48,339 bases of DNA, taken from positions 1 to 48,339 of the forward strand of contig CANRBI010000003.1 in NCBI GenBank assembly GCA_947628775.1, in the 5' to 3' direction. Below are positions 10,364-18,249 of the stretch, in pieces. A program made the position numbers and the translations under genes. The notes beneath the pieces were generated by a model. The model made no database searches and was not told the DNA's origin. It worked only from the letters and a program-made list of their open reading frames with translations. The stretch comes from an uncultured Clostridia bacterium (GTDB taxonomy: Bacteria; Bacillota; Clostridia; TANB77; CAG-508). Within the stretch, counting starts at the first letter, position 1. Every line of letters starts with the position of its first letter.

Positions 10364-11422
10364 TTATTCTCTGTATTCTGGAAAAAAGTTTGAGTTGGCA
10401 TTAAAGTCTTTTTCTTTTTTCCTTATATTCAATAATTCATTATATTTTTCTTTATTAAATATCTTTTTACCTATATAAAAACTTAATAATTCTGATTCTT
10501 TATTAAATGCTTTTTTAAATTTTAATAGTGGGCTATTATCTCCTCCATATCCTCCACCTAGATGAAATTTTTTATATCCTTTATTGCATAAATCTATTGC
10601 AGCCTCATATAATGATAGGTTGTTTGCACCTAAATTCATACACTCTGTTAGAGAACCACTTAAGTGATAATGTGCATTTTCTCCACTATATATTGCTATA
10701 AGTGAATTTATAGCTTTATTATTAGAATAAGCTGTATATATAGTTGCATTATTATTCATTTGGGTATATATGCTATTGAAAAATTCATTTGTAAAATAAT
10801 AATAATCTGTTGCATTATCTCTGTTCATTGTTTCTTTGTATAATTCTATAAATTCATCATACATTTCTTTATTAAATCCTGATTTAACAATCACTTCATT
10901 ATTTTTTGCTTTTCTAATTTTATTTCTACATTTGCTTTCCATGTCATTCCATATTTGTTCTTCATTTTCTAATTTTATATATACAGTTTTTGAAATTCTT
11001 TCTATCTGATAATTTGTATTTGTATAAAATTCATTATTATTACTTAAAGGATTTAATCTCACAAACTCTGAAATTATATTATTGTTGATACAATATTTAT
11101 CAAATTCATTAAAGAAGTATTGTAGTAATTTATCGTCTTTTTCTCCAATAATATCAACTCCTCCATAACCATAAGGAGTTATTATGTCAAAATATTTATT
11201 TTTTTCAATCTTATTTTCAAAGTTTTTATCATCTGCAATATCTCTTTTCAAATAAACATTGAAGACATAATTATCTTCGTTTTTTGCATATATTAAAAAT
11301 GGTTCTCCATCTCCATTTTTATAAAAAGCATCTACATATTCCCATTGATAATATATTTCTTTATCTTTTACTATTTCTTTCCATTTATCTTTTTCCGAAA
11401 AATTTATTATTTTATATTTCAT
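10364..11422 (-). CDS. FemAB-like / Acetyltransf_6 (GNAT-fold) family protein
   Basis: About 352 aa. 'ITPYGYGG', 'CRNKIRKA' and 'YHLSGS...LGANNLSLYEAAIDLCNKGYKKFHLGGG' resemble FemX/FemAB-type aminoacyl or acyl transferases. The start was set at ATG 11422. The track ORF begins at a TTG at 11434. Confidence 0.55.
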   Translation of the reverse strand: MKYKIINFSEKDKWKEIVKDKEIYYQWEYVDAFYKNGDGEPFLIYAKNEDNYVFNVYLKRDIADDKNFENKIEKNKYFDIITPYGYGGVDIIGEKDDKLLQYFFNEFDKYCINNNIISEFVRLNPLSNNNEFYTNTNYQIERISKTVYIKLENEEQIWNDMESKCRNKIRKAKNNEVIVKSGFNKEMYDEFIELYKETMNRDNATDYYYFTNEFFNSIYTQMNNNATIYTAYSNNKAINSLIAIYSGENAHYHLSGSLTECMNLGANNLSLYEAAIDLCNKGYKKFHLGGGYGGDNSPLLKFKKAFNKESELLSFYIGKKIFNKEKYNELLNIRKKEKDFNANSNFFPEYRE

Positions 11423-11459
11423 TATTTGTCTCAACTTCTCCTCTACTTTTGCTTACACT

Positions 11460-12509
11460 TTATAATATATTGTCTATAATGTTTATATAATAAGCTATAT
11501 CTGTAGTTGTATATCTTTGATCACATATCAAAGATAATTCTAAATTATATATATCTTTTTGGCATTTTTCTTTTAATTGTTTGGGTATTTCCCAATGGTT
11601 AGCAAAGTATATATTATTTTCTATTAATTTTATTTTTAATTCATTTCTTTTTTGGTTGTTTAAAAATATCGGTACAAATAAAGGTGTATCTTCTTTCAGA
11701 TTTATATTTTTTAAATATTCAATCTTGTTTTGATTTTTTAAATATTCATAAATTGCTTCTGCATTGTTTCTTCTTTTGTTAATAACTTCCTTTATATCCA
11801 TATTTGTTAAAATACTGTATGATTTTTGATCCATATTGTAATTTTTATAATCTTCATTTAAGATTTCTTCAGCTTTTGAAAATTCTTTCAAAAATTCTTC
11901 TTTGTTGTTTTGATTTTCATTTGATATATATATTTTTTTCTCTATCATTGCGTGTTCTTTTAAATTTATGTATTTTTTATTATCTTGTAATTTGCTTGTA
12001 TCTAAATGTTTACTAGTATTATTTATAAGTACTCCTCCACTCATAATAGGAAACCATTTTCTTAAACTTGCTACTATAAAATCTGAATTTTTATTATATT
12101 TTCTTTCAGATAATAAACTGTGTGTCATATCTTCTATTACACATACATTTTTATTTCTAAATTTTTCTATAAAATAATCCATTCCATATTGTGAAAATCC
12201 AAAATAATTCATTGCAAAGAAAATATCGCATTCTTTTTCACAGTCTATTTCGTAAATCAATTGTCCTTCTTTAAAACTAACAGTGTAAAAATCAATATCT
12301 ATATTTCTTTCTATAAAAGGGTCTATCATTGACTGACAACAATATGATGGAAAATATACTTTATTTATTTTTTTGCTATGTTGTATAGTATTTAATGCAT
12401 AATCTATGGCTGTTCTTCCTGATAGTAAAAATACTTTTTTATTATCACTTTTCACTTTTTGTTGTTCAATCTTATTATCTTCTAGCCAATACTCACTTCC
12501 TATTTCCAT
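11460..12509 (-). CDS. Divergent DegT/DnrJ/EryC1-like PLP-dependent enzyme (tentative)
   Basis: 349 aa. 'LLSGRTAIDYAL' and 'SLRKWFPI' (candidate PLP lysine) fit the layout of a fold-type I sugar aminotransferase-like protein. The similarity is weak. Confidence 0.4.
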   Translation of the reverse strand: MEIGSEYWLEDNKIEQQKVKSDNKKVFLLSGRTAIDYALNTIQHSKKINKVYFPSYCCQSMIDPFIERNIDIDFYTVSFKEGQLIYEIDCEKECDIFFAMNYFGFSQYGMDYFIEKFRNKNVCVIEDMTHSLLSERKYNKNSDFIVASLRKWFPIMSGGVLINNTSKHLDTSKLQDNKKYINLKEHAMIEKKIYISNENQNNKEEFLKEFSKAEEILNEDYKNYNMDQKSYSILTNMDIKEVINKRRNNAEAIYEYLKNQNKIEYLKNINLKEDTPLFVPIFLNNQKRNELKIKLIENNIYFANHWEIPKQLKEKCQKDIYNLELSLICDQRYTTTDIAYYINIIDNIL

Positions 12510-13042
12510 TGTTCTTTTATCTCCTCATATTGTTTTTTTAGGATTGCAATTTGCACTTCATCTATGTATCTATTGTTTTTAAATACTGACTCTTTTAATG
12601 TTCCTTCTATTTCCCAACCACATTTTTTATGTAACTTTATTGAAACTTCATTGTGTTCTAGTATAGTAGTATATAACTTATTTAATTGTAGTTCTTCAAA
12701 AGCATATTTCATTATAGTTTTTAATGTGTCTGTACCATATCCTTTTCCTCTTATTTTTTCATTGTATAATTTTATTCCATGACAAGCTTTTCTATTTTTC
12801 CAATCAATATCGGTTAATGTTTCTAATCCTATTGGACTTCCTTCTAATTCAATTATGCATCTTATACTGTCAGTATTATTTATTTGACTTTCAAACCATT
12901 TATCTTGTTCATATTTAGAAATGGGAAAACTCCATCCTCCTACTTGCCTTTCCATTGTTTCATCGTTTATCATTGTTCTTAGAAATTCTATGTCTTCTTT
13001 TTCTATTGCTCTTAAAAGAATTTTTTTACCTTTTAAATTCAT
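12500..13042 (-). CDS. GNAT family N-acetyltransferase (RimJ/RimL-like)
   Basis: 180 aa. 'IRGKGYGTDTLKTIMKYAFEEL.LNKL' is an acetyl-CoA binding motif A-like segment. The start ATG overlaps the reconstructed stop of the upstream transferase (ATGA). Confidence 0.75.
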   Translation of the reverse strand: MNLKGKKILLRAIEKEDIEFLRTMINDETMERQVGGWSFPISKYEQDKWFESQINNTDSIRCIIELEGSPIGLETLTDIDWKNRKACHGIKLYNEKIRGKGYGTDTLKTIMKYAFEELQLNKLYTTILEHNEVSIKLHKKCGWEIEGTLKESVFKNNRYIDEVQIAILKKQYEEIKEQWK

Positions 13043-13670
13043 TTTTCCACCTTTACTTTCATTCTTCTATATTCGTCAAAGTCTATAGCTTCTCCAATTC
13101 CGCGTTCTCCTATATCTTGTTTTTTTAAAACTTTTCCTATGGTTCCGTAATATTATTTTTAAATCATTTTTTAATGTTATTTGATTTATGTACTCAATAT
13201 CGTATTTAAATTTATCATCCCATGATATGTCATTTCTACCACTTATTTGTGCCAAACCTGTAAGTCCGAGGTCTAACATCGTGTCTATGTTTTTCTTCTT
13301 CTGTGTAATATGATAAGTATTGTACTCTTAATGGTCTTGGTCCTACTATTGCCATATTGCCTTTGAGGATATTGATTAATTCTGGCAATTCATCCAAACT
13401 TGTTCTTCTTAGTATTTTTCCAAATTTGGTTAAACGTTTTGAATCTGGTAATAAATTGCCATTTTCATCTTCTTCATCTGTCATTGTTCTAAATTTATAT
13501 AGTGTAAATATTTTTTCATTTTTGCCAGGACGCTCTTGTTTGAATATTGCTGGTTTGCCTAGTTTTATTCTTACTAATATGTACAAAATTAACATCACTG
13601 GACTTAAAACAATTAAAGCCAATAAACTTAATACAAAGTCCAATATTCGCTTTATGTATTTTTGATACAT
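13039..13670 (-). pseudogene. PglC/WbaP-C-type undecaprenyl-phosphate sugar phosphotransferase (priming PGT), disrupted by two +1 frameshifts
   Basis: Track ORFs 13236..13691 and 13076..13279 plus a third frame together rebuild one about 205-aa small PGT. Frame one gives 'ILDFVLSL..KPAIFKQERPGKN..F.LYKFRTM...DELPELINILKGNMAIVGPRP...HRHDVRP'. Frame two gives 'GLTGLAQISGRNDISWDDKFKYDIEY...DLKIIL'. Frame three gives 'TIGKVLKKQDIGERGIGE...*'. The frame changes lie at about 13265-13271 and about 13141-13146. Confidence 0.8.
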
Positions 13671-13683
13671 TGAACTTCCCCCA

Positions 13684-14811
13684 TTATTCAAATAATTTTT
13701 TGATTATTTCAATTATCATTTTTTGTTGTTCTTCTGTCATTTTTGTATCAGATGGTAAACATACTCCTCTTTCAAATAAGTCTTCTGATACTGCTTTTTC
13801 AGCTACTTTTATAAAGTCATATTTTTCAAATATTGGTTGTAGATGCATTGGTTTCCATACAAGTCTTGCTTCTATATTTTCTTTTTCTAGATTTTCTACT
13901 ATATCTAGTGGTTTTACTTTTGATGTTTCTTTTATTGTCATTGTTGAAAGCCAATGGTTTGATCTTTCATATTCTTTGTCTTCATTCATTTTTATTTCGT
14001 CTATTTCTTCAAATGCTTTTTTGTAGTTTTCAAATATTTTTCTTTTTTTAGCTATTCTTTCTTCTAGAACTTTCATTTGTCCTCTACCAATTCCTGCTAG
14101 TACATTGCTCATTCTGTAGTTGTATCCTATTTCTTCATGTTGATAATATCTTGCTGGCTCTTTGCTTTGTGTTGACCAAAACTTTGCTTTTTTTGTTATT
14201 TCTTCATTATTTGAAATAAGCATTCCACCACCTGTTGTAGTTATTATCTTATTTCCATTAAATGAAAGTACTCCACAATTTCCATATGTTCCTAAAAATT
14301 TATTTTTATATTTTACTCCTAGTGCTTCTGCTGCATCTTCTAAAATTGGTACATTATGTTTTTTACATATTTCACATATTTCGTCTATTTCTGAAATTCT
14401 TCCATATAAATGAACTACAACTACTGCTTTGGGATTTGGATATTTTTCAAATGCCTTTTCTAAAGCTTTTGGATCCATATTCCATGTTTGTGGTTCACTA
14501 TCTATAAATATTGGTTTTGCGTTTTCATATATTATTGGATTTACACTTGCTGAAAATGTTAAGTCTGATACAAATACATAATCATTTTTTGTAACTCCTA
14601 ATGCTTTTAATCCTAAATGTATTGCTGATGTTCCGCTTGCTAATGCGATTGCTGATTTTACTCCTAAATATTTTTTTACACTTTCTTCAAATTGATTGAT
14701 GTTTTCTCCTACTGTTGATAGCCAATTTGTATCAAATGCTTCTTTTACATATTTTCTTTCATATCCTTCATCAGACATATGTGGTGAAGCTAAATATATT
14801 TTTTCGCTCAT
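13684..14811 (-). CDS. DegT/DnrJ/EryC1/StrS family sugar aminotransferase (PglE/EpsN-like, UDP-4-keto-6-deoxy-HexNAc 4-aminotransferase)
   Basis: 375 aa. 'ASPHMSDEGYE..YV.EAFDTNW' and 'LSFNGNKIITTGGGGM' (PLP lysine region) are typical of the family. Confidence 0.85.
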   Translation of the reverse strand: MSEKIYLASPHMSDEGYERKYVKEAFDTNWLSTVGENINQFEESVKKYLGVKSAIALASGTSAIHLGLKALGVTKNDYVFVSDLTFSASVNPIIYENAKPIFIDSEPQTWNMDPKALEKAFEKYPNPKAVVVVHLYGRISEIDEICEICKKHNVPILEDAAEALGVKYKNKFLGTYGNCGVLSFNGNKIITTTGGGMLISNNEEITKKAKFWSTQSKEPARYYQHEEIGYNYRMSNVLAGIGRGQMKVLEERIAKKRKIFENYKKAFEEIDEIKMNEDKEYERSNHWLSTMTIKETSKVKPLDIVENLEKENIEARLVWKPMHLQPIFEKYDFIKVAEKAVSEDLFERGVCLPSDTKMTEEQQKMIIEIIKKLFE

Positions 14812-16676
14812 TTACTTTCCCCTCGTTCCTTATATGTTGGCACTATTTCCTTCATAACTTTTTTAATTTCTTCTTTTTGTTCATTATTACTATTTTTCAA
14901 AACTTCTCTAAGTTTTTCTAATTTGCTTTCTACCTCTTCAACAGTTATTTCTGAAGGTGGTGCTATGTATATTTTTTCATGTTTTGTTTCTTCTAAGTTT
15001 TCTTCTGCCATTAATAATTCTTCGTATAGTTTTTCTCCTGGTCTTAGTCCTGTTATTTTTATTTGTATATCTACATTTGGTTCTAATCCTGAAAGTCTTA
15101 TTAGATTTTCTGCCATATCGTAGATTTTTACAGGTTCACCCATATCTAAAACAAATATTTCTCCACCTTTTGCATAACTCATAGCTTGCAATACTAATGA
15201 TACTGCTTCTGGTATTGTCATAAAGAATCTTGTTATTTCTTTATCTGTTACTGTTACTGGTCCTCCTTGGGCTATTTGTTTTTTGAATAATGGTATTACT
15301 GAGCCATTGCTTCCTAATACATTTCCAAATCTTACTGCTGCATATTCTGTTTGACTTGTTTTATTTTTTGCTTGAACCATCATTTCGCATAAACGTTTTG
15401 TTGCTCCCATGATATTTGTGCTATTTACAGCTTTATCGGTAGAAATTAATATAAATCTTTTTACATTGAATTCGTCTGCACAGTTTACTACGTTATATGT
15501 TCCAAATACATTATTTTTGATTGCTTCTAATGGACTTGTTTCCATTAATGGTACGTGTTTATGTGCTGCTGCATGAAATACTAGATATGGTTTAAATCCT
15601 GCAAACACTTCATCTAACCTTTTTTTATCTCTTACACTTGCTACTATTGCTTGTATATCTTTTTCTGGGTAATTGTATTTTAGTTCTTGTTCTATGTCAT
15701 ATAAATTGTTTTCATATATATCTAAGATTACTAGTTTAGATGGATTGAATTTTATTATTTGTCTACATAGTTCTGAACCTATTGATCCTCCTCCACCTGT
15801 TACTAGTACTACTTTTTCTTTAATTAATTCTTTTATGTCTTTATTGTTTAATTTTATAGATTCTCTTCCTAACAAATCTTCTATCTCTACATCTCTAAAA
15901 TTATCCATTAGGGCTTTGTTTCTTATTAAATCTTGTGTACCTGGTAAGATTCTTACTTTGCACCCTGTTTGTTGACATATTTGCAATATATCTTTTCTGT
16001 CTTGGTTTGAAATGTTTGATATTGAGAATAGTATTAATTCTACATTATTCTCTTTGCATATTTCTGGTATGTCTTTTCGTGTTCCTAATATTCTGTTTCC
16101 TGATATTGCATAGTTTACTTTGTTTATGTTGTCATCTATTAGTCCTACTACATTGTATATGTCTCTAAATGTAGTTTTTAATGTTCCTAATACTATTTTT
16201 GTTGCTTCTCCTGCACCTATTATTAGTACATTTTTTCTCGCATTTTCGTTTTCATTTACTTTGTATTTTTTATATCCACCATTTAATATAAATCTTAAAA
16301 TTACTCTGTAACTTATTATTGATACTATAATTAATAATGTTGCGATTGCATTTATTCTATGATTGACAATACTATTTCCAAAGAAAATTTTTAGTATTGA
16401 AATTATTATGTAAGAAACTAAACATGCTAGTATATATACTAGATAATCGTTTCCATTTTCATATCTTGTAATATTTTTGTATGTTTTGAAAACTGTTAAC
16501 ATTGTTGTATATACTATTACTGCTGGAATTAATGTTGTTATTACTTGCTTTGCAAGTTTTGGATTAAATGCTAATGTGTTTTCTAAAATAAGTACGGTAA
16601 TACAATAAGAAACTATTATTATAAAGATATCTATTATTCTTAATATTACATTTCTATGCTTCCTTAATTCCCTCAC
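14808..16676 (-). CDS. Polysaccharide biosynthesis protein CapD/EpsC/PglF type (membrane-anchored UDP-HexNAc 4,6-dehydratase)
   Basis: 622 aa with N-terminal TM segments. Motifs include 'VLVTGGGGSIGSEL', 'VFHAAAHKHVPLME' and 'STDKAVNSTNIMGATKRL'. It has a GTG start preceded by a GGGAGA RBS and is the first biosynthetic gene of the operon. Confidence 0.85.
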   Translation of the reverse strand: MRELRKHRNVILRIIDIFIIIVSYCITVLILENTLAFNPKLAKQVITTLIPAVIVYTTMLTVFKTYKNITRYENGNDYLVYILACLVSYIIISILKIFFGNSIVNHRINAIATLLIIVSIISYRVILRFILNGGYKKYKVNENENARKNVLIIGAGEATKIVLGTLKTTFRDIYNVVGLIDDNINKVNYAISGNRILGTRKDIPEICKENNVELILFSISNISNQDRKDILQICQQTGCKVRILPGTQDLIRNKALMDNFRDVEIEDLLGRESIKLNNKDIKELIKEKVVLVTGGGGSIGSELCRQIIKFNPSKLVILDIYENNLYDIEQELKYNYPEKDIQAIVASVRDKKRLDEVFAGFKPYLVFHAAAHKHVPLMETSPLEAIKNNVFGTYNVVNCADEFNVKRFILISTDKAVNSTNIMGATKRLCEMMVQAKNKTSQTEYAAVRFGNVLGSNGSVIPLFKKQIAQGGPVTVTDKEITRFFMTIPEAVSLVLQAMSYAKGGEIFVLDMGEPVKIYDMAENLIRLSGLEPNVDIQIKITGLRPGEKLYEELLMAEENLEETKHEKIYIAPPSEITVEEVESKLEKLREVLKNSNNEQKEEIKKVMKEIVPTYKERGESK

Positions 16677-16740
16677 TATTATCTCCCACTTATTTTCAAA
16701 TTTTTGGATTCTACTGCCTTTGAATATTTTTACTTCTTTA

Positions 16741-16832
16741 TCTATGCATTTTCAGCATAGAATTGCGATATTCAACACAAATACATTAACATGTAGTTAA
16801 TGTACTCACCTATATGTTTGTTTTCATATAGG
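16741..16832 (-). ncRNA. Structured intergenic RNA candidate: three tandem stem-loops between the TnpB-like stop and the glycan operon
   Basis: Hairpin 1: 16809-16816/16825-16832, 8 bp, cctatatg/catatagg. Hairpin 2: 16782-16790/16796-16804, 9 bp, tacattaac/gttaatgta, followed on the minus strand by UUUGUGUU. Hairpin 3: 16741-16747/16755-16761, 7 bp. The function is unknown and could be a guide-RNA scaffold, an attenuator or an IS right-end relic. Confidence 0.3.
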
Positions 16833-16834
16833 AT

Positions 16835-18070
16835 TTATATTTTTATTCCGTATTTTCTTAAGCTTTCTAGTGCTACATTCATTGCGTAGTTGAAGTAGTA
16901 GTCCATTTGGTGACCATTTTCACATTTGGTTTTTAGCTTTCGGCTTTGTATTTCTCCTCCACATTTGTAGCATTTGCTTGCTTTGTCTTTTCTTGGTACT
17001 ATTGTTGATAGTATTCCTTTTCGAAATGCTTTGTAGTTTATGTAGTTTGTTATGTTTTCACGTAAATATATTGGTCTGTTTTTTTTACTTTTTGTGTAGT
17101 AGTATGCTTTGTCTTTAGTTGATAATGCTGTTGATATTACTTGTACGTGGTTTTGTATGCAGAAGTCTATTATTTTTTTGCTTATTACATGTGAGTAGTA
17201 ATTTATTATTTGGTTTGTTTTTTTGCGGTAGTTCTTGTGGTTGTTGTTTGTTTGTTGTATTTCTTTGTTGTTTAAGATGTTTCGCTTTTGTTTGTTTAAT
17301 ATTTTTGTTATTTGATTTTTGTATTCATTTCCTCCTGATACAAATAGTGTTTTTATGACTTTTCCTTGTCTGTCTATTACTACACATGTTGCTACTTTGT
17401 CTGTGTTTGAAAATGCTATTCCACATACTCGGACATTTTCGTCTTTCATTCTTTCTTTTATTGGGGTTATATCATCTATTTTTCTTTTTACTGGTATGTG
17501 TGCCATTACATAGTCTTTGTTTATTACTATTGTTGGTGATTGTATTTGGGCATTTTCTGGAAAGTTCCAGTTTTTGAATTTTGCTTTGTACCATCTCCAT
17601 TTTTCGCCATCATATAGTTTGATTTCTACTGTTCCATTTGGTTCTATGTTTTTGTACATACCTTTGTAAAATGTTGTTGAACAATTAAAAGTTGTTGCTT
17701 TGTTTGGTTTTTTTTGTTTTGGGTTTTCTTTTGCTTTTTTTGATAGTTCTGTGTATGATTTTGCTAGACCTATTGCATGATTTATTGCTGCTCGTCTTAA
17801 TTCTGTTGGAGCATTTTGATCAAAATATTCTGGTGGTCTCTCCCCTGTTAATCCTATAATTGTTAGTTTTTCTAGTTCTCTCATACATTTTTGATTTGAT
17901 AGAGTTAGTAGTTCGTCATATTTGAATATTAAATTGTAGTATATTTCTATCAGTTCATTGTATATTTGTTGAGTTAGTTTTAGATATTCTAGGTTGTTTG
18001 TGTAAAATCTTATTTTATAGGTTGTTGTGTATGTTCCACTCTTTTTATTGTTCTTGGTTGGTTCTGACAT
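16835..18070 (-). CDS. TnpB-like (IS200/IS605 OrfB / Cas12-ancestor family) protein, apparently lacking the RuvC catalytic triad
   Basis: The N-terminus 'YKIRFYTN' is a WED-like start. The RuvC-I position reads 'VCGIAFSN' instead of GIDLG. The RuvC-II position reads 'VQVISTALS' instead of hhhEDL. The zinc ribbon is 'CYKCGG..(13)..CENGH'. The RuvC-III position reads 'MDYYFNYAMNVA' instead of DxDxNAAxNI. The start was set at ATG 18070, preceded by a GGGAGA RBS. The track start at 18094 lies inside the inverted repeat. Confidence 0.65.
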   Translation of the reverse strand: MSEPTKNNKKSGTYTTTYKIRFYTNNLEYLKLTQQIYNELIEIYYNLIFKYDELLTLSNQKCMRELEKLTIIGLTGERPPEYFDQNAPTELRRAAINHAIGLAKSYTELSKKAKENPKQKKPNKATTFNCSTTFYKGMYKNIEPNGTVEIKLYDGEKWRWYKAKFKNWNFPENAQIQSPTIVINKDYVMAHIPVKRKIDDITPIKERMKDENVRVCGIAFSNTDKVATCVVIDRQGKVIKTLFVSGGNEYKNQITKILNKQKRNILNNKEIQQTNNNHKNYRKKTNQIINYYSHVISKKIIDFCIQNHVQVISTALSTKDKAYYYTKSKKNRPIYLRENITNYINYKAFRKGILSTIVPRKDKASKCYKCGGEIQSRKLKTKCENGHQMDYYFNYAMNVALESLRKYGIKI

Positions 18071-18091
18071 CTTTTTCTCCCATATTTTAGT

Positions 18092-18112
18092 CATAAAGTA
18101 TAGAACTTTACG
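18092..18112. repeat. Left 21-bp inverted repeat (IR-L): cataaag-tatagaa-ctttacg
   Basis: Its reverse complement matches 19274-19294 at 20 of 21 positions. Each copy is itself two 7-bp inverted arms around an asymmetric 7-bp spacer, and the spacers are in opposite orientation. Confidence 0.7.
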
Positions 18113-18122
18113 ACTACAAATT

Positions 18123-18151
18123 ATTTTATCATAAATTTGTTAATATTGCAA
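18123..18151 (-). promoter_or_regulatory. Near-consensus sigma-A type promoter facing out of the IR-bounded segment toward the TnpB-like gene
   Basis: The minus strand reads TTGCAA (18151-18146), a 17-nt spacer, then TGaTAAAAT (extended -10, hexamer 18128-18123). The predicted TSS is around 18115, about 3 nt from IR-L. Confidence 0.55.
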
Positions 18152-18249
18152 CATATTTCGACATTTTTTCTTCCAATTTTCACAAAAATCCTTTATATTT
18201 GAATTGCAAGTATTTCTTGTAATTCATTTAAAAGGAGGTGGATATCAAA

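Noticed and set aside
13076-13691. Two separate small CDSs (67 aa and 151 aa) as listed in the ORF track.
   Set aside because: They are consecutive fragments of a single PglC-type sugar transferase in different frames, and a third frame supplies the C-terminus. They are annotated as one pseudogene instead.
16724-16737. A 12-nt identity (atatttttactt) between the putative guide region and 27126-27137 near the secA terminator, considered as a possible guide-target pair.
   Set aside because: For A/T-only 12-mers in about 97 kb of two-strand AT-rich sequence, several such matches are expected by chance. There is no flanking conservation.
18146-18215. A repeated ATTGCAA(C/G)(A/T)ATTTC motif (two copies about 57 nt apart), considered as the recombinase promoter or accessory binding sites.
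   Set aside because: I could not derive a convincing plus-strand -35/-10 pair with proper spacing that leaves the AGGAGG RBS in the transcript. It is noted only as context for the inverton finding.
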